Source of the DNA: Ignavibacteriota bacterium
GTDB lineage: Bacteria > Bacteroidota > Ignavibacteria > UBA10030 > UBA6906
DNA: 64,000 bases
NCBI GenBank assembly: GCA_963801355.1
Contig: CAWDEM010000008.1
Coordinates: 1,504,001 to 1,568,000, forward strand
Reading direction: 5' to 3'
Position 1 is the stretch's first letter. Each line of letters opens with the position of its first letter. Position numbers and translations under genes: made by a program. The notes under the pieces are model-generated. The model did not search any database. It was not told where the DNA came from and saw only the letters and a list, made by a program, of their open reading frames with translations. Of this stretch, positions 10,294-20,440 are shown in pieces.

Positions 10294-10952
10294 ACGTGAA
10301 TTCCTCACAGGACGACCAGTCGATTACCCTCTGGGTAATTGAGGATAATGCCACGTACAGGGACACAATTGCCGCGCTGGTTGACAGCACCGAAGGCATG
10401 CGCTGCACCCACGCCTTCCCATCTTGTGAAGAGGCTCTCAAGGCACTCGAGGACGACTTCGCCCCGGAAATCATTTTGATGGATATAGGCTTGCCGGGAA
10501 TAAGCGGGATAGAAGGACTCAAACGGATCAAGGCAATTTCACCGTCAACCGGTTTAATCATGCTCACCATCTTTGACGATGAGAGGCAGATATTTGAAGC
10601 CATTTGTTCGGGCGCCTCTGGGTATCTGCTGAAAAGTGCGCAACCACACGAGATTATCGGAGCGGTGCATCAAGTTCTCGGGGGTGGGGCGCCGATGGAT
10701 GCACGAATCGCCCGGAAGGTCCTCGACATGTTTTCCCGTCTCTCCGTACCGATGGGAGAGTACGGTTTGACCGGCCGCGAAAAAGAAATCCTCCACCTGA
10801 TGGTGGACGGGCTCACGGCAAAAGGGATAGCCGAAAGGCTGTTCCTGAGCTTTCGTACCGTCGATACACATGTGAAGAATATTTATACGAAACTGCATGT
10901 ACATTCGCGTAGCGGTGCCGTATCAAAAGCGTTCAGAGAACGACTCCTGTAG
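10290..10952 (+). CDS. NarL/FixJ-family response regulator (REC + LuxR HTH)
   Basis: IEDN, LMDIGLP, GASGYLLK, LTGREKEIL...TVDTHVKNIYTKLHV. Overlaps the kinase stop codon. Confidence 0.95.
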   Translation: MNVNSSQDDQSITLWVIEDNATYRDTIAALVDSTEGMRCTHAFPSCEEALKALEDDFAPEIILMDIGLPGISGIEGLKRIKAISPSTGLIMLTIFDDERQIFEAICSGASGYLLKSAQPHEIIGAVHQVLGGGAPMDARIARKVLDMFSRLSVPMGEYGLTGREKEILHLMVDGLTAKGIAERLFLSFRTVDTHVKNIYTKLHVHSRSGAVSKAFRERLL

Positions 10953-11026
10953 CTCCCTGCGCACCTTGCTCATCACGTGGCGCTGATCCTTCCTTCACCT
11001 ACCTTCCCTGCTGTCCCCTTTCGAAA

Positions 11027-11072
11027 ATACCGAGTTCTCGGGATTGTTGTGCCCTCCTCGATGCATTACATT
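11027..11072 (+). promoter_or_regulatory. Putative NarL/LuxR-type operator abutting a sigma70 promoter
   Basis: ATACCGAG-TT-CTCGGGAT (8-2-8 inverted repeat, 1 mismatch) at 11027-11044, then TTGTTG-17 nt-TACATT. Confidence 0.55.
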
Positions 11073-11110
11073 GGCACACACCAATGTCACACAATTTCCC
11101 GGGAGGGAAC

Positions 11111-11659
11111 ATGAAGAGCCCCCAGTTAGTAATTGCTGTCCTGCTCACTGCTGGTTGTATGATGAACGGTTGTACACAGGACAAACTCCCCACCCAGCCT
11201 TCCACCACCTATCCAACCCCAACCGCGATCGGCGCGGGAGTGCTCAGGGCGAATATTGATGGATCACCCTGGACGGCCGAGGACGCCACTGGCATTCCAC
11301 TCGGGACATCAACGTACAGTGGGAACATCTTGCACATCAGCGGGGTCCGACCCGCCGTCGGAGACACCGCGGAGGCGGAAACCATCGATCTCATCATCGA
11401 CTTTAGTGCCTCGAACGCAGTCCTCGGTCCGGGTACGTACGAGCTCGGTACAATACCCGCGCAGGAGGGAGAGGCTCAGCACTTCGATGGCCTGTCATGC
11501 GTCTGCCACACAAACAGCGCACACTCAGGAACTGTGACGATCACGGCGCTTGACATGTCCAGGAAGGTCGTATCCGGGATATTTGCATTCAATGGTATTG
11601 GAGTCGACGGGCAAACGCACACTTTTAGTGAGGGAATGTTCGATGTTACGTGGAAGTAA
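11111..11659 (+). CDS. Lipoprotein, beta-rich (DUF6252-like)
   Basis: ATG after GGGAGG, lipobox-like Cys, LRANIDGSPWTA...GTVTITALD...VSGIFAF...TFSEGMFDV pattern. Confidence 0.75.
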   Translation: MKSPQLVIAVLLTAGCMMNGCTQDKLPTQPSTTYPTPTAIGAGVLRANIDGSPWTAEDATGIPLGTSTYSGNILHISGVRPAVGDTAEAETIDLIIDFSASNAVLGPGTYELGTIPAQEGEAQHFDGLSCVCHTNSAHSGTVTITALDMSRKVVSGIFAFNGIGVDGQTHTFSEGMFDVTWK

Positions 11660-11850
11660 CAATGACACGTTGCGCTCACACGATGTCGCGTTCGCACGTG
11701 CGGATTTGCCATCACCCTGACTTGAATCCAGTTCCGCCCAGAGTTAGCGAGACCAAGTCGAGGCTAACTCTGTTGGCGGGACGAGGATCCTCGTCCAGTT
11801 CCGAAAGGAACGGGACGGGACCTGCGACCACATACAACTCCAACCCATGA

Positions 11851-11884
11851 AATAAAAGAGCCTCCAGCGATTTGCCGGAGGCTC
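11851..11884 (-). terminator. Rho-independent terminator after tRNA-fMet
   Basis: GAGCCTCCGGC-AAATC-GCTGGAGGCTC hairpin followed by TTTTATTT on the minus strand. Confidence 0.8.
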
Positions 11885-11889
11885 CCGTG

Positions 11890-11962
<73 letters not shown>

Positions 11963-11977
11963 ATCATTTAGCATACT

Positions 11978-12006
11978 AATATAGCAAATCGCCCTTTCGA
12001 AGTCAA
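11978..12006 (-). promoter_or_regulatory. sigma70 promoter of tRNA-fMet
   Basis: TTGACT-17 nt-TATATT on the minus strand, 15 nt upstream of the mature tRNA. Confidence 0.75.
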
Positions 12007-12088
12007 GCCCACGACCCGGCGGTCAAGAAATATGACAGTCTGAAAGCACGCCGGGCAGACAACCACCTGGAAGCTTCCGCCAAGCCCT

Positions 12089-14782
12089 TCAGGGATTCCA
12101 CACCCACCTGGGCTTGCAGTCCGACGACGAAACGTAACGCTTTAAACTCGACAACAACGTGGCGGAAAACGGATCAACATCCGCCGTCCGCTGAAGCGGA
12201 AGCGCACACACCAGCAGCTTCCCCTTCCCTACCTTCATCTGCACAACATACCCCGCATGCCTGTGCACCCACCCGATGAAAAGCCCCGCTAACACATCCC
12301 CGAAATGTTCGGGAGGAATGCCGCGAACCGCATACGGCATCTCCATTCCCGCGGACTCAAATCCGAATCGACGGTCCGGACAAACACCACGGAATGGCCC
12401 CCTGTCGTTGCGTACCCAGCTCAACACCGACGCCCAATTCCCTTCGTACCCCCCCGTGTCCCGGTCGACTGCGATCAATGGAAAACCCGCAGGGAACACG
12501 GTAACGCTGTCCATCAACAACAACACATCCCCTCCTTGTTGCAGCGCAGCGACAGAACTCGAGTCCAATGCCGAGGTGACTTTGACCGCCGGGGTTCCCT
12601 CTTTTGCAGCTTCACGCGAAAACACTGCAAGATCCAGGTGATTTGTCGCCAACTCCGTACCAGCACTCGAGACCATCCGGAAGTTGATGTTGAGTTTCCC
12701 GGATGACTTTGCCCCCGCCGGGGGAAGCTGCATCGTGGGAAAGACCGTGACCGTGCCCGGTGGAACCTGACCGAACAAGATGCTCCCTGAATCCCCCCGC
12801 GATGTCCGCCAGTGAACCGTCACACCCCGCGCGCTCTCATCGGAATAACGGGAACACCGAACATCAATCGACGGCTCTTCATCATTCCACCAGGCGAACC
12901 TGGCGGGCCGCGCAACAATGACGTCCTGCTGCTGTATCGCCGGCAACACCTTGCCGCATTCCTTAAGGTTCCTCCACATGTCCATCAACCCGTTGCACTC
13001 CCAGTTGATGTCAGTGAACTCTGTGATGACATACCCTTCGATCCCCGGTGTGAACCGTAACATCTCAATCTGGTACTTCAGCGCATCCGACTGCGCCCGC
13101 TGGCTGACACCCAGCATCTCTCTGTAACTCCCGAACACGCTCGCGAGGTTGTACTGCGCGAACCGTGCCGCGTACCCTTCGGGGACGACAACTTCCGATT
13201 TTCCCAGACCCCTCCCCATCCACCAGGGCGCCGGATCGGGAACTGCCGGCAATCCCCACGTGCCAAACTCGGACAGCAGAAGAGGCTCTCTCCCAGTGGT
13301 CACCGCATCGCCGTACGGACTGAAGAGCCATGCAGGCCGCGCAGCCATGGCGGTGACGACATCATCAAACTGCTTCCGGCGATCGGGCATTGCGGCATAC
13401 TCGTGATAGTCGTTCAGGTCAGTCTTGAGATGGAAGTTACCCCGGCATGCGCTATTGTCCACGACAAGACGGCCCGTTGCGTACACCTTCATCCTGTCAA
13501 ATGCGCCCCGCAACCATTCCCTCTGCTCTGTCTTCTTTAGATCCACCCCCCAGCTTTCATTGATGATGCTCAGCATGACGAGCGACGGGTGGTTCCAATC
13601 GCGGTCAAGCATCTCCCGTAGCGTTTGCTCGCCGCGTGCGCCCGCTTCAGCAGTGAAGACATCCCAGTTGGGAATCTCGTACCAGACCAGCAGTCCAACT
13701 TCATCCGCAACTTTCAGGTAAAGGGGATCTGGCGCCTTGATATGGCACCGCAGCGTGTTCAGACCGATGCGCTTCGCTTTCAACATTTCGTCGCGCAGAT
13801 ACTCCTCTGAGGGCGTTGTGTAAATGGTGTGCGGATAGAAATCCTGATCCAGAGCACCGATGAGGTAGAACGGCCGCCCATTGAAAAGGATTTTCCCTCC
13901 GTCTGTCGCGATCGAACGGAAACCGAACCGGTCGCGGACGGGCGGGTTTGCATCGAGGTTCGCCTCAATTGTGTAGAGCGCCGGACTCACCGGACTCCAC
14001 AGCACCGGCTGGTTCACTTCGAGGGGGACATGCGCCAGGCTGTCCCTGACCGAAACCCGCGCGCGGGCACGGGCGACCACCTGACCTTTTTCGTCCTGGA
14101 TCTGAACTTCGAGTCGGTTGTGCGCGTCGGCCGCAATGGGTGCGGACAGGTGAAGGTTGACTTCCACTTCTCCGTTGATGTTCGGAGTGACTTCCAGCCG
14201 GGTGATCCTGCGGGGAGGCACTACATCGAGCCGGACGCTCTGCCACAACCCCGAAGTCTGCACGTACCAGGTCTGCTTCCCATGCGGGATGCTCCTGTAC
14301 ACAATCCCCTCCGTGCCTTCTCCTCCCAACACCGGATCCATGACACGGACAATGATTTCATTAGCGCCTGGATGGATGACGGCTCCGATATCGACACTGA
14401 ACGGCGTATACCCTCCCTCGTGTACACCATTGCGAGTTCCGTTTGCAAAGACCTCCGCCCTGTAGTCCACTGCTCCGAATGTCAGAACCGCCGTTTCACC
14501 TCTCCGGATGTGAGGGGCATCGAACGATTTCCTGTACCACCCCACACCCTGGTAGTCACGAAGATCAGGAAACTGAGCCTGCCAGGAACCAGGAACGGAG
14601 ATAGGCCGCCAGAATGCCCTGGCCACCACGGTTTCACTTGTGTACTGCCCACTGCTGTCGGCCGCAAAGAGCCATTCGCCGTCAAGACTCATCATGGTGA
14701 CGCGCGTTGGGGATGCACACAACGGGATTGCGGTGATCAGGAGGAGCGTGACTGAACAGCATATGCGGGGGAGATGGTCCAT
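12089..14782 (-). CDS. Glycoside hydrolase family 2, secreted
   Basis: Signal peptide, SLDGEWLF, LTFGAVDY, HEGGYTPF, RFGFRSI, RDWNHPSLVMLSIINESWG (acid/base), LLLSEFG (nucleophile). Confidence 0.92.
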   Translation of the reverse strand: MDHLPRICCSVTLLLITAIPLCASPTRVTMMSLDGEWLFAADSSGQYTSETVVARAFWRPISVPGSWQAQFPDLRDYQGVGWYRKSFDAPHIRRGETAVLTFGAVDYRAEVFANGTRNGVHEGGYTPFSVDIGAVIHPGANEIIVRVMDPVLGGEGTEGIVYRSIPHGKQTWYVQTSGLWQSVRLDVVPPRRITRLEVTPNINGEVEVNLHLSAPIAADAHNRLEVQIQDEKGQVVARARARVSVRDSLAHVPLEVNQPVLWSPVSPALYTIEANLDANPPVRDRFGFRSIATDGGKILFNGRPFYLIGALDQDFYPHTIYTTPSEEYLRDEMLKAKRIGLNTLRCHIKAPDPLYLKVADEVGLLVWYEIPNWDVFTAEAGARGEQTLREMLDRDWNHPSLVMLSIINESWGVDLKKTEQREWLRGAFDRMKVYATGRLVVDNSACRGNFHLKTDLNDYHEYAAMPDRRKQFDDVVTAMAARPAWLFSPYGDAVTTGREPLLLSEFGTWGLPAVPDPAPWWMGRGLGKSEVVVPEGYAARFAQYNLASVFGSYREMLGVSQRAQSDALKYQIEMLRFTPGIEGYVITEFTDINWECNGLMDMWRNLKECGKVLPAIQQQDVIVARPARFAWWNDEEPSIDVRCSRYSDESARGVTVHWRTSRGDSGSILFGQVPPGTVTVFPTMQLPPAGAKSSGKLNINFRMVSSAGTELATNHLDLAVFSREAAKEGTPAVKVTSALDSSSVAALQQGGDVLLLMDSVTVFPAGFPLIAVDRDTGGYEGNWASVLSWVRNDRGPFRGVCPDRRFGFESAGMEMPYAVRGIPPEHFGDVLAGLFIGWVHRHAGYVVQMKVGKGKLLVCALPLQRTADVDPFSATLLSSLKRYVSSSDCKPRWVWNP

Positions 14783-14848
14783 AGAAATCTCTCAGGAAAG
14801 GTTCCCATAATAACCACAAGTGAGAGCAGTATGTCAAGAGCATAAGCA

Positions 14849-14874
14849 TATCAGTCTACGGTATCAGTTTACGG
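14849..14874. repeat. 13-bp tandem direct repeat between the divergent GH2 and GH27 genes
   Basis: TATCAGTCTACGG followed by TATCAGTTTACGG. Confidence 0.7.
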
Positions 14875-14890
14875 TTGCTGTCTTGGCCCG

Positions 14891-14919
14891 TTGACAATAT
14901 CGATGACATTGCGTACACT
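14891..14919 (+). promoter_or_regulatory. sigma70 promoter for the GH27 gene
   Basis: TTGACA-17 nt-TACACT, 30 nt upstream of ATG 14950. Confidence 0.7.
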
Positions 14920-14949
14920 TTCCCCCACACACCTCCGGAGGCTCCCGCC

Positions 14950-17238
14950 ATGCCGCGTATCCTGTTAACACTCTCGCTGATTCTCCTCACGGAATGCTCA
15001 TTTGCCTCGGACCCCGCATACTACATCCGCAAGGATTCCTGGAATGAAACTATGCGTTTGTCGCGGGAGTCCCTTTTTGCGTACCGGGCATCGCTCCCGG
15101 ACGCCGCCCGGATGTTTCTTTCCTCATGGAAACATGCCGGCCCATTCCATGCAGCTGCGGGATCACCCTTTACTGAGATCTTTCCACCGGAAATATCACC
15201 TGTGCTCGACTCGGCATACGGCGGCATCCGCTGGACTGGACATCCTGAGTGGATAGATGGAAAGGTGACCAGTCTAGGATCAGATACCATGTGCGCACAC
15301 TTTCTCCACCGGATCATCACGGCAGGGCGCGATACTTCTATTGTCTTCTCTCTCGGAAGCGACGATGGAATCCAGGTATGGGTGAACGGACGGAATCTTC
15401 TGTCACACGACGTCAACCGCGGCGCCGAACCCGACCAGGAACGACTTCCCGTACGCCTCCACAAGGGTGCTAACACCCTCCTTGTCAAAATCAGCAATAA
15501 CAACGGGCGGACCGGATTTTTCTTCAATGTCGAAGATTCCGAGAAGCGCATGCTGTGGGAACTCGTGCGAAGGGATTTCCCGGATTCCATCAGTCTGCGG
15601 GAAATGGAGTGGGAAACCGCCGACAGCATCTGGACCGCTGACTGGTCGCCGGGAGACGTGATGCCGCTTTCCATCCGTTACGCGGATCACGCCCTGTGCG
15701 AATCATTCGCGCAGTGCCACGCACTCGGCATCAAAGCCCGCATCGTGCAAAGCCCTTCGGATCTGGCGGAAATCCGGGAAGCATACCTGGTCTTCAAAGA
15801 GGCTGACCTCGTCCAAACGATCCTCACACCGAAACCTCCCGCCACACCGCGGATCAACGGGCCGCGCAGGATCGGGGCACGGCCGGGACACCCCTTCCTG
15901 TTTCTGGTGCCTGTCAGCGGCGAACGACCCCTCACCGTGCGGGCTTCCGGACTCCCACGCGGATTGAAACTCGATCCGCAATCCGGCGTGATCAGCGGAC
16001 AAGTGAACGCACCGGGCACCTACCGCGCCACCGTCACTGCCACAAATGCCCGCGGGCAATCAACGGGGTCTATTATGATTGTGATCGGCCCGGCGATTGC
16101 ACTCACTCCACCACTGGGTTGGAACAGCTGGAACTGCTTCGCCGAGGCCGTGGACGACCAACGCGTGCGCAGCGCAGCAGGCGCCATGATCGCCACCGGA
16201 CTCAGCCAACACGGCTGGTCGTATATCAACATTGATGACTGCTGGGAGATCAGACCCGGAAGCACCGACCCCATGCTGAGCGGCGTGCCACGTGATGCGA
16301 ACGGCAGGATCAACACCAACCGGAAATTCCCCGACATGAATGGGCTCAGCGCCTACATCCATGAGAAGGGGCTGAAGATGGGGATCTATTCTTCGCCCGG
16401 CCCACTGACATGTGCAGGCTATACAGGAAGCTACAACCACGAGGCTGATGACGCCCGTCAATACGCATCATGGGGAATTGACTACCTGAAATACGACTGG
16501 TGCTCGTACGGGCAGATCGCAAAGGACCAGAGCCTTTCCGAACTGAAAAAGCCGTATGAACTCATGCGCACGGCGCTCGACGGAGTGCCGCGCGATATTC
16601 TGTATTCCCTCTGCCAGTACGGCATGGGCAACGTCTGGGAATGGGGAGCAACGGTGGGGGGCAATTGCTGGCGCACTACCGGAGATATCACGGATACCTG
16701 GGAAAGCATGTCGGAGATCGGCTTCTCCCAGGCCGGACACGAACCATACGCCGGACCCGGCCATTGGAACGATCCGGATATGCTCGTCGTCGGCAAGGTT
16801 GGATGGGGGCCGTCACTGCATCCGACACGCCTGACACCGAACGAACAATACACTCATATCAGCCTCTGGTGTCTTCTCGCCGCTCCGCTGCTGATCGGCT
16901 GCGACATGACCCAGTTGGATGACTTCACTCTCGGACTGCTCACGAATGACGAAGTGCTCGCCGTGAATCAGGACCCGCTCGGGACGCAGGCACGGCGGAT
17001 CTCAAAAGACGGCGATCTGGAAGTATGGGCAAAGAAGATGGAAGACGGATCCCACGCGGTCGGACTGTTCAACAGGGGCCGGTGGATAAAGGAAGCCACT
17101 CTCCTGTGGAAGGATCTGGGCTTGAAGGGTGATCGCAAGGTGCGGGATCTCTGGCGACAGAAGGACCTCGGCACATTCAACGGCCGGTTTTCTGCTGAAG
17201 TGCCAAGACATGGAGTGGTGCTGGTCAGAGTTAAGTGA
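14950..17238 (+). CDS. GH27 alpha-galactosidase-like enzyme with N-terminal PA14-like and Ig-like (He_PIG) domains
   Basis: ALTPPLGWNSWN, YINIDDCW, DYLKYDWC, WRTTGDI, HWNDPDML. Also GSDDGIQVWVNG (PA14-like) and GLPRGLKLDPQSGVISG (He_PIG). Confidence 0.93.
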   Translation: MPRILLTLSLILLTECSFASDPAYYIRKDSWNETMRLSRESLFAYRASLPDAARMFLSSWKHAGPFHAAAGSPFTEIFPPEISPVLDSAYGGIRWTGHPEWIDGKVTSLGSDTMCAHFLHRIITAGRDTSIVFSLGSDDGIQVWVNGRNLLSHDVNRGAEPDQERLPVRLHKGANTLLVKISNNNGRTGFFFNVEDSEKRMLWELVRRDFPDSISLREMEWETADSIWTADWSPGDVMPLSIRYADHALCESFAQCHALGIKARIVQSPSDLAEIREAYLVFKEADLVQTILTPKPPATPRINGPRRIGARPGHPFLFLVPVSGERPLTVRASGLPRGLKLDPQSGVISGQVNAPGTYRATVTATNARGQSTGSIMIVIGPAIALTPPLGWNSWNCFAEAVDDQRVRSAAGAMIATGLSQHGWSYINIDDCWEIRPGSTDPMLSGVPRDANGRINTNRKFPDMNGLSAYIHEKGLKMGIYSSPGPLTCAGYTGSYNHEADDARQYASWGIDYLKYDWCSYGQIAKDQSLSELKKPYELMRTALDGVPRDILYSLCQYGMGNVWEWGATVGGNCWRTTGDITDTWESMSEIGFSQAGHEPYAGPGHWNDPDMLVVGKVGWGPSLHPTRLTPNEQYTHISLWCLLAAPLLIGCDMTQLDDFTLGLLTNDEVLAVNQDPLGTQARRISKDGDLEVWAKKMEDGSHAVGLFNRGRWIKEATLLWKDLGLKGDRKVRDLWRQKDLGTFNGRFSAEVPRHGVVLVRVK

Positions 17239-17274
17239 ATAGGCCCGGTCTGCGGTGCATGAAGTACAGAGGAG

Positions 17275-18324
17275 CTACTCCACCTTGAAGCATCTCCTGT
17301 ACAGTTCCTCGCCTCCTTCGGCCACGACATCAATCACCGGTGTGGAGAGTGCATTCGCCAGCGCAGACCGGCCAAAGGCCGCATCAAGATATGCCGGACG
17401 GTACGTCGTGCCATCGAATGCAGGATAATACGGATTGAATGTCACTGCAGCCAGTTCGGACCGGTGACGGTAGCATATCCGGACGGAGAGTTCCTCCAGC
17501 ATTTCGAGCAGGCCGCCAACCCGCACAGGTTCCCCCGCGAGCAAAAGACGGAATGGATTGTCAAACACGAGGGCAATCCCCCTCGCCTCCGCGTGTCGCA
17601 ACCGGTCGCAGAGCGCCGCCAGACCGTCGGCCGTCACCATCCCCGGCAGCACAATCCCGGCCAGCCCCTCCGGCAGCAGTCTCAGGGACCGGAGAATGTC
17701 TTCCGCGCTATGGAAATCACTCGACGCACACTGTACCTGCACATCCCTGGCCACAAGCCGGATTCCCGACACCTGCGCGTAGTCTTCGTCCGACAATCCG
17801 AACCGGAAGATCCGCTCTATCGCTGAAGTCTCTTCTACAAGCTGGCCGATGTTCGTCGAACGGGCGCCTCCGGTCGCAAACACCACGCGATCTGCAACCG
17901 ACATGGGCGCAATCCGGTTCAGTGACCCGTCAACCAGTAGTTCGGATGCTCCGAGTGACTCCATCTGCCGGGCCACCCTGGCGAGGTCGGCCGTCTTGTT
18001 CGGACCGGCGACAACAACAAGTCCCCCTTTCTCAACAACCGTAATGACTACTTCCCCCAATGCGGTGAACGTGGAGGAGTGCTGCAGTACACGCAATCGC
18101 GCGGTGGAGACCGACAGGCATTGCTCGGAGGTCGTGACAATCATGCCGGGTTTCACAATGATGCGCGGCTTCGGGAGCAGAGTGACGTTGTCACGTTCCT
18201 CTCCGTCATAGCCGATGCCGGTGACGCCCGGCAAGTGCCCCCTGGCATACGCTGTCTGGATCAGCGTGCCGAGTGTTGTTGTCTTTCCGGTATTCTTTGC
18301 AGTTCCGGCAACCCCGATGATCAT
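17275..18324 (-). CDS. KamB-like P-loop protein (homolog of the lysine 5,6-aminomutase reactivase subunit)
   Basis: GTAKNTGKTTTL, TGIGYDGEERD...PKPRIIV.PGMIVTT, TALGEV, LVDGSLNR and NPY motifs resemble clostridial KamB. Confidence 0.7.
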   Translation of the reverse strand: MIIGVAGTAKNTGKTTTLGTLIQTAYARGHLPGVTGIGYDGEERDNVTLLPKPRIIVKPGMIVTTSEQCLSVSTARLRVLQHSSTFTALGEVVITVVEKGGLVVVAGPNKTADLARVARQMESLGASELLVDGSLNRIAPMSVADRVVFATGGARSTNIGQLVEETSAIERIFRFGLSDEDYAQVSGIRLVARDVQVQCASSDFHSAEDILRSLRLLPEGLAGIVLPGMVTADGLAALCDRLRHAEARGIALVFDNPFRLLLAGEPVRVGGLLEMLEELSVRICYRHRSELAAVTFNPYYPAFDGTTYRPAYLDAAFGRSALANALSTPVIDVVAEGGEELYRRCFKVE

Positions 18325-18327
18325 GGC

Positions 18328-20131
18328 TCAGGCAACCGTCCCTTTACCGAAGGTCCCGGGATACGCGCCATCCTCCCGGTCGCCCAGGAGCCCTGCCGAG
18401 ATGGCGGCAGGAAGATCCGGCGCAGATTTTACGCGGTCCAGGACTTCGGCGATCTTCGCGTGCATATCCGCCGTCATCGAGTCAGCTGCGGCGGTTGGCG
18501 CAAAACCCGCTTCACCCATGAAGCGCGCGGCTTCGTGAATGCCCTGTAGGCTGTCGATACGCGAAGCGATGCAGATCGGACCGCGGGAATACGCTTCGTC
18601 AGTCGACGCCACAGTCATCGCATCCACCTTGAGCGCAGTGCCGAGGGCCGCATGGAAGGATGTTGCCGCCGCGGATTGCACACGATCTTCGGTCTGTGTC
18701 ATGAATGCGATCGGCTCGCCGGGCCAGATGGGACAGTCGACGATGGCCCGCAGCGCACGAATCTTCGCCGCGTTGTAGTCCACAAAGGTCTGACGCATCA
18801 GTCCGTTGATGACGATGTGCGGACCATAACAGAAGAGAGGTTTGAGTATGCCACGCGCACCGAGACGCTTTCCCAAGTGCACGTTGATCAGAAGCCCGGC
18901 AAGAGTCTTCCACGCGGGAACGCCGCTCAGCTCATCGTTTCCCGGTATATCGAATGGCATGTTGAACCGGGCCGCGAGCCGGATGGCTTCCACCCCGTCA
19001 ACCGCCAGCCGCGCCGGATCCGTGCCGGCTCCAAGCGATCCGTACACGAGGTCAATCTTGGTCATATCCGCACCGCCATGCGCAGCCAGGACCACCGTCT
19101 CCGGCGTGTTCAGCCCTCTGTGCGCTCGAACCGTGAGCAGCGTCGAGGGATCCAGGAGTTCGCGCATCAGCCGTATATTCTCAACGGACGTGACGGTGCC
19201 GTCGTTCTGATGCGTGAGCGCGCCCTCCAGCAATCCTTCATATCGTGCCTCCCACGAAGGATTGATGAGCAGGAATCCATCCACACCCCACCGTTCGCAC
19301 ACTTTGGCGTGGATGAGGTCCATGACCGGACAGCCGGAACCGAGGAATTTGAAAATCAACGGCCGCTCGCCCGAATGACGCAGTGTCACCGGCCGGAACG
19401 CACTGCGCTCCTTCAACATCTCCCGGAGCGCCTGGAGTTCTTCCCGGGATACATTCCTCACCCCCTTGGGCATGACATTCCGCCGGAATGCATCAACGAT
19501 CACGCTGTCTGACAACGACAGGTATTCATCGAGCAAGGCCGCCTTCCTGGATCCGGATGCATCCGAAAACATTTCTCCGCGCAACCGCGCGCGCTTGACG
19601 CCGGGGCTGGATTTCCCTTCTGACCAGCGCAACAACTTCTCCACAATCTCATCCAGGGCACTCTCGATCCGCCGGTCGTGAACGCGGTAGCTGTAGCCCG
19701 CGGTGATATCGGGTTTCTTCTTCTGAACGCCTACGACTTGATCCTGCGCGGTCTTTCCCTTCGATGAATGCAACGATATCTTCGATGCGGGAGTGCTCGT
19801 CAAATCCGCGATCGAAACCAAGCTCGGCGGCAAGTTCGGAAGTAATAGCTTTGCCACCCAGAATCACGCGTGAACGCTCGCGCACGCCTGCGGCATCCAG
19901 AAGATCCACAAACCGTCCCAGAAGCTCCGCCACTCCGTACCCGAGAGTCCGGCTGACCAGTATGTCATCATACGTACCGGTCGCGGCACGCCGGACGATC
20001 TCTTCCATCGGCAGATCGGGTGAGAGCAGCTCGGTATCGAAGCCGCGGGTGGCAAGGGCGTTCCGAATGATCTTGATGCCCACATCATGCACCGGATCGA
20101 GTGGCACGCAGAGGATCCGCTTCTTGTTCAT
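18328..20131 (-). pseudogene. Cobalamin-dependent mutase-like protein (N-terminal B12-binding domain + TIM barrel), split by a 1-nt frameshift near 19755 (real lesion or sequencing error)
   Basis: ORF 20131-19649 carries DPVHDVG, LVSRTLG, ILGG and LGFDRGF (B12 domain). ORF 19857-18328 continues in the +1 frame from about GAAGGGAAAGACC. The 1804-nt span minus one base gives a 600-aa ORF. Confidence 0.75.
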
Positions 20132-20385
20132 GCCAGTTGGTCCTTCTCTCCCGGTCCCATAAGCCAGTGATAGGGATCGCCTGGCCTGTGAATGTACTTC
20201 CGCAGTCTCACCCGGACCCCGTAGCCGTCGAATTCACAGAACATGATATCGACTTCTCCGAGGCCCAGTTCGTGCCCAAGGCGGAGCGCGAGGTCTTTAC
20301 CCTCGCGCTCGCTCCCGCAGACAAGGTAGGTCTCGATGTCGAGACCGTCCATTACCGCATCAATGGCTTTCATCGTCTGACTCAT
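20128..20385 (-). CDS. Small hypothetical protein (85 aa), coupled to the mutase-like gene
   Basis: ATGA overlap with the downstream gene and operon position. Confidence 0.7.
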   Translation of the reverse strand: MSQTMKAIDAVMDGLDIETYLVCGSEREGKDLALRLGHELGLGEVDIMFCEFDGYGVRVRLRKYIHRPGDPYHWLMGPGEKDQLA

Positions 20386-20440
20386 ATGTACATGGGAGAT
20401 AATTCCGGCCCTGCGGGCCGAACAATCACCGGGTGCCTGT

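Noticed and set aside
19750-19765. Programmed -1 frameshift at GGGAAAG
   Set aside because: The heptamer is not in the X_XXY_YYZ phase of the upstream ORF, and the required shift is +1.
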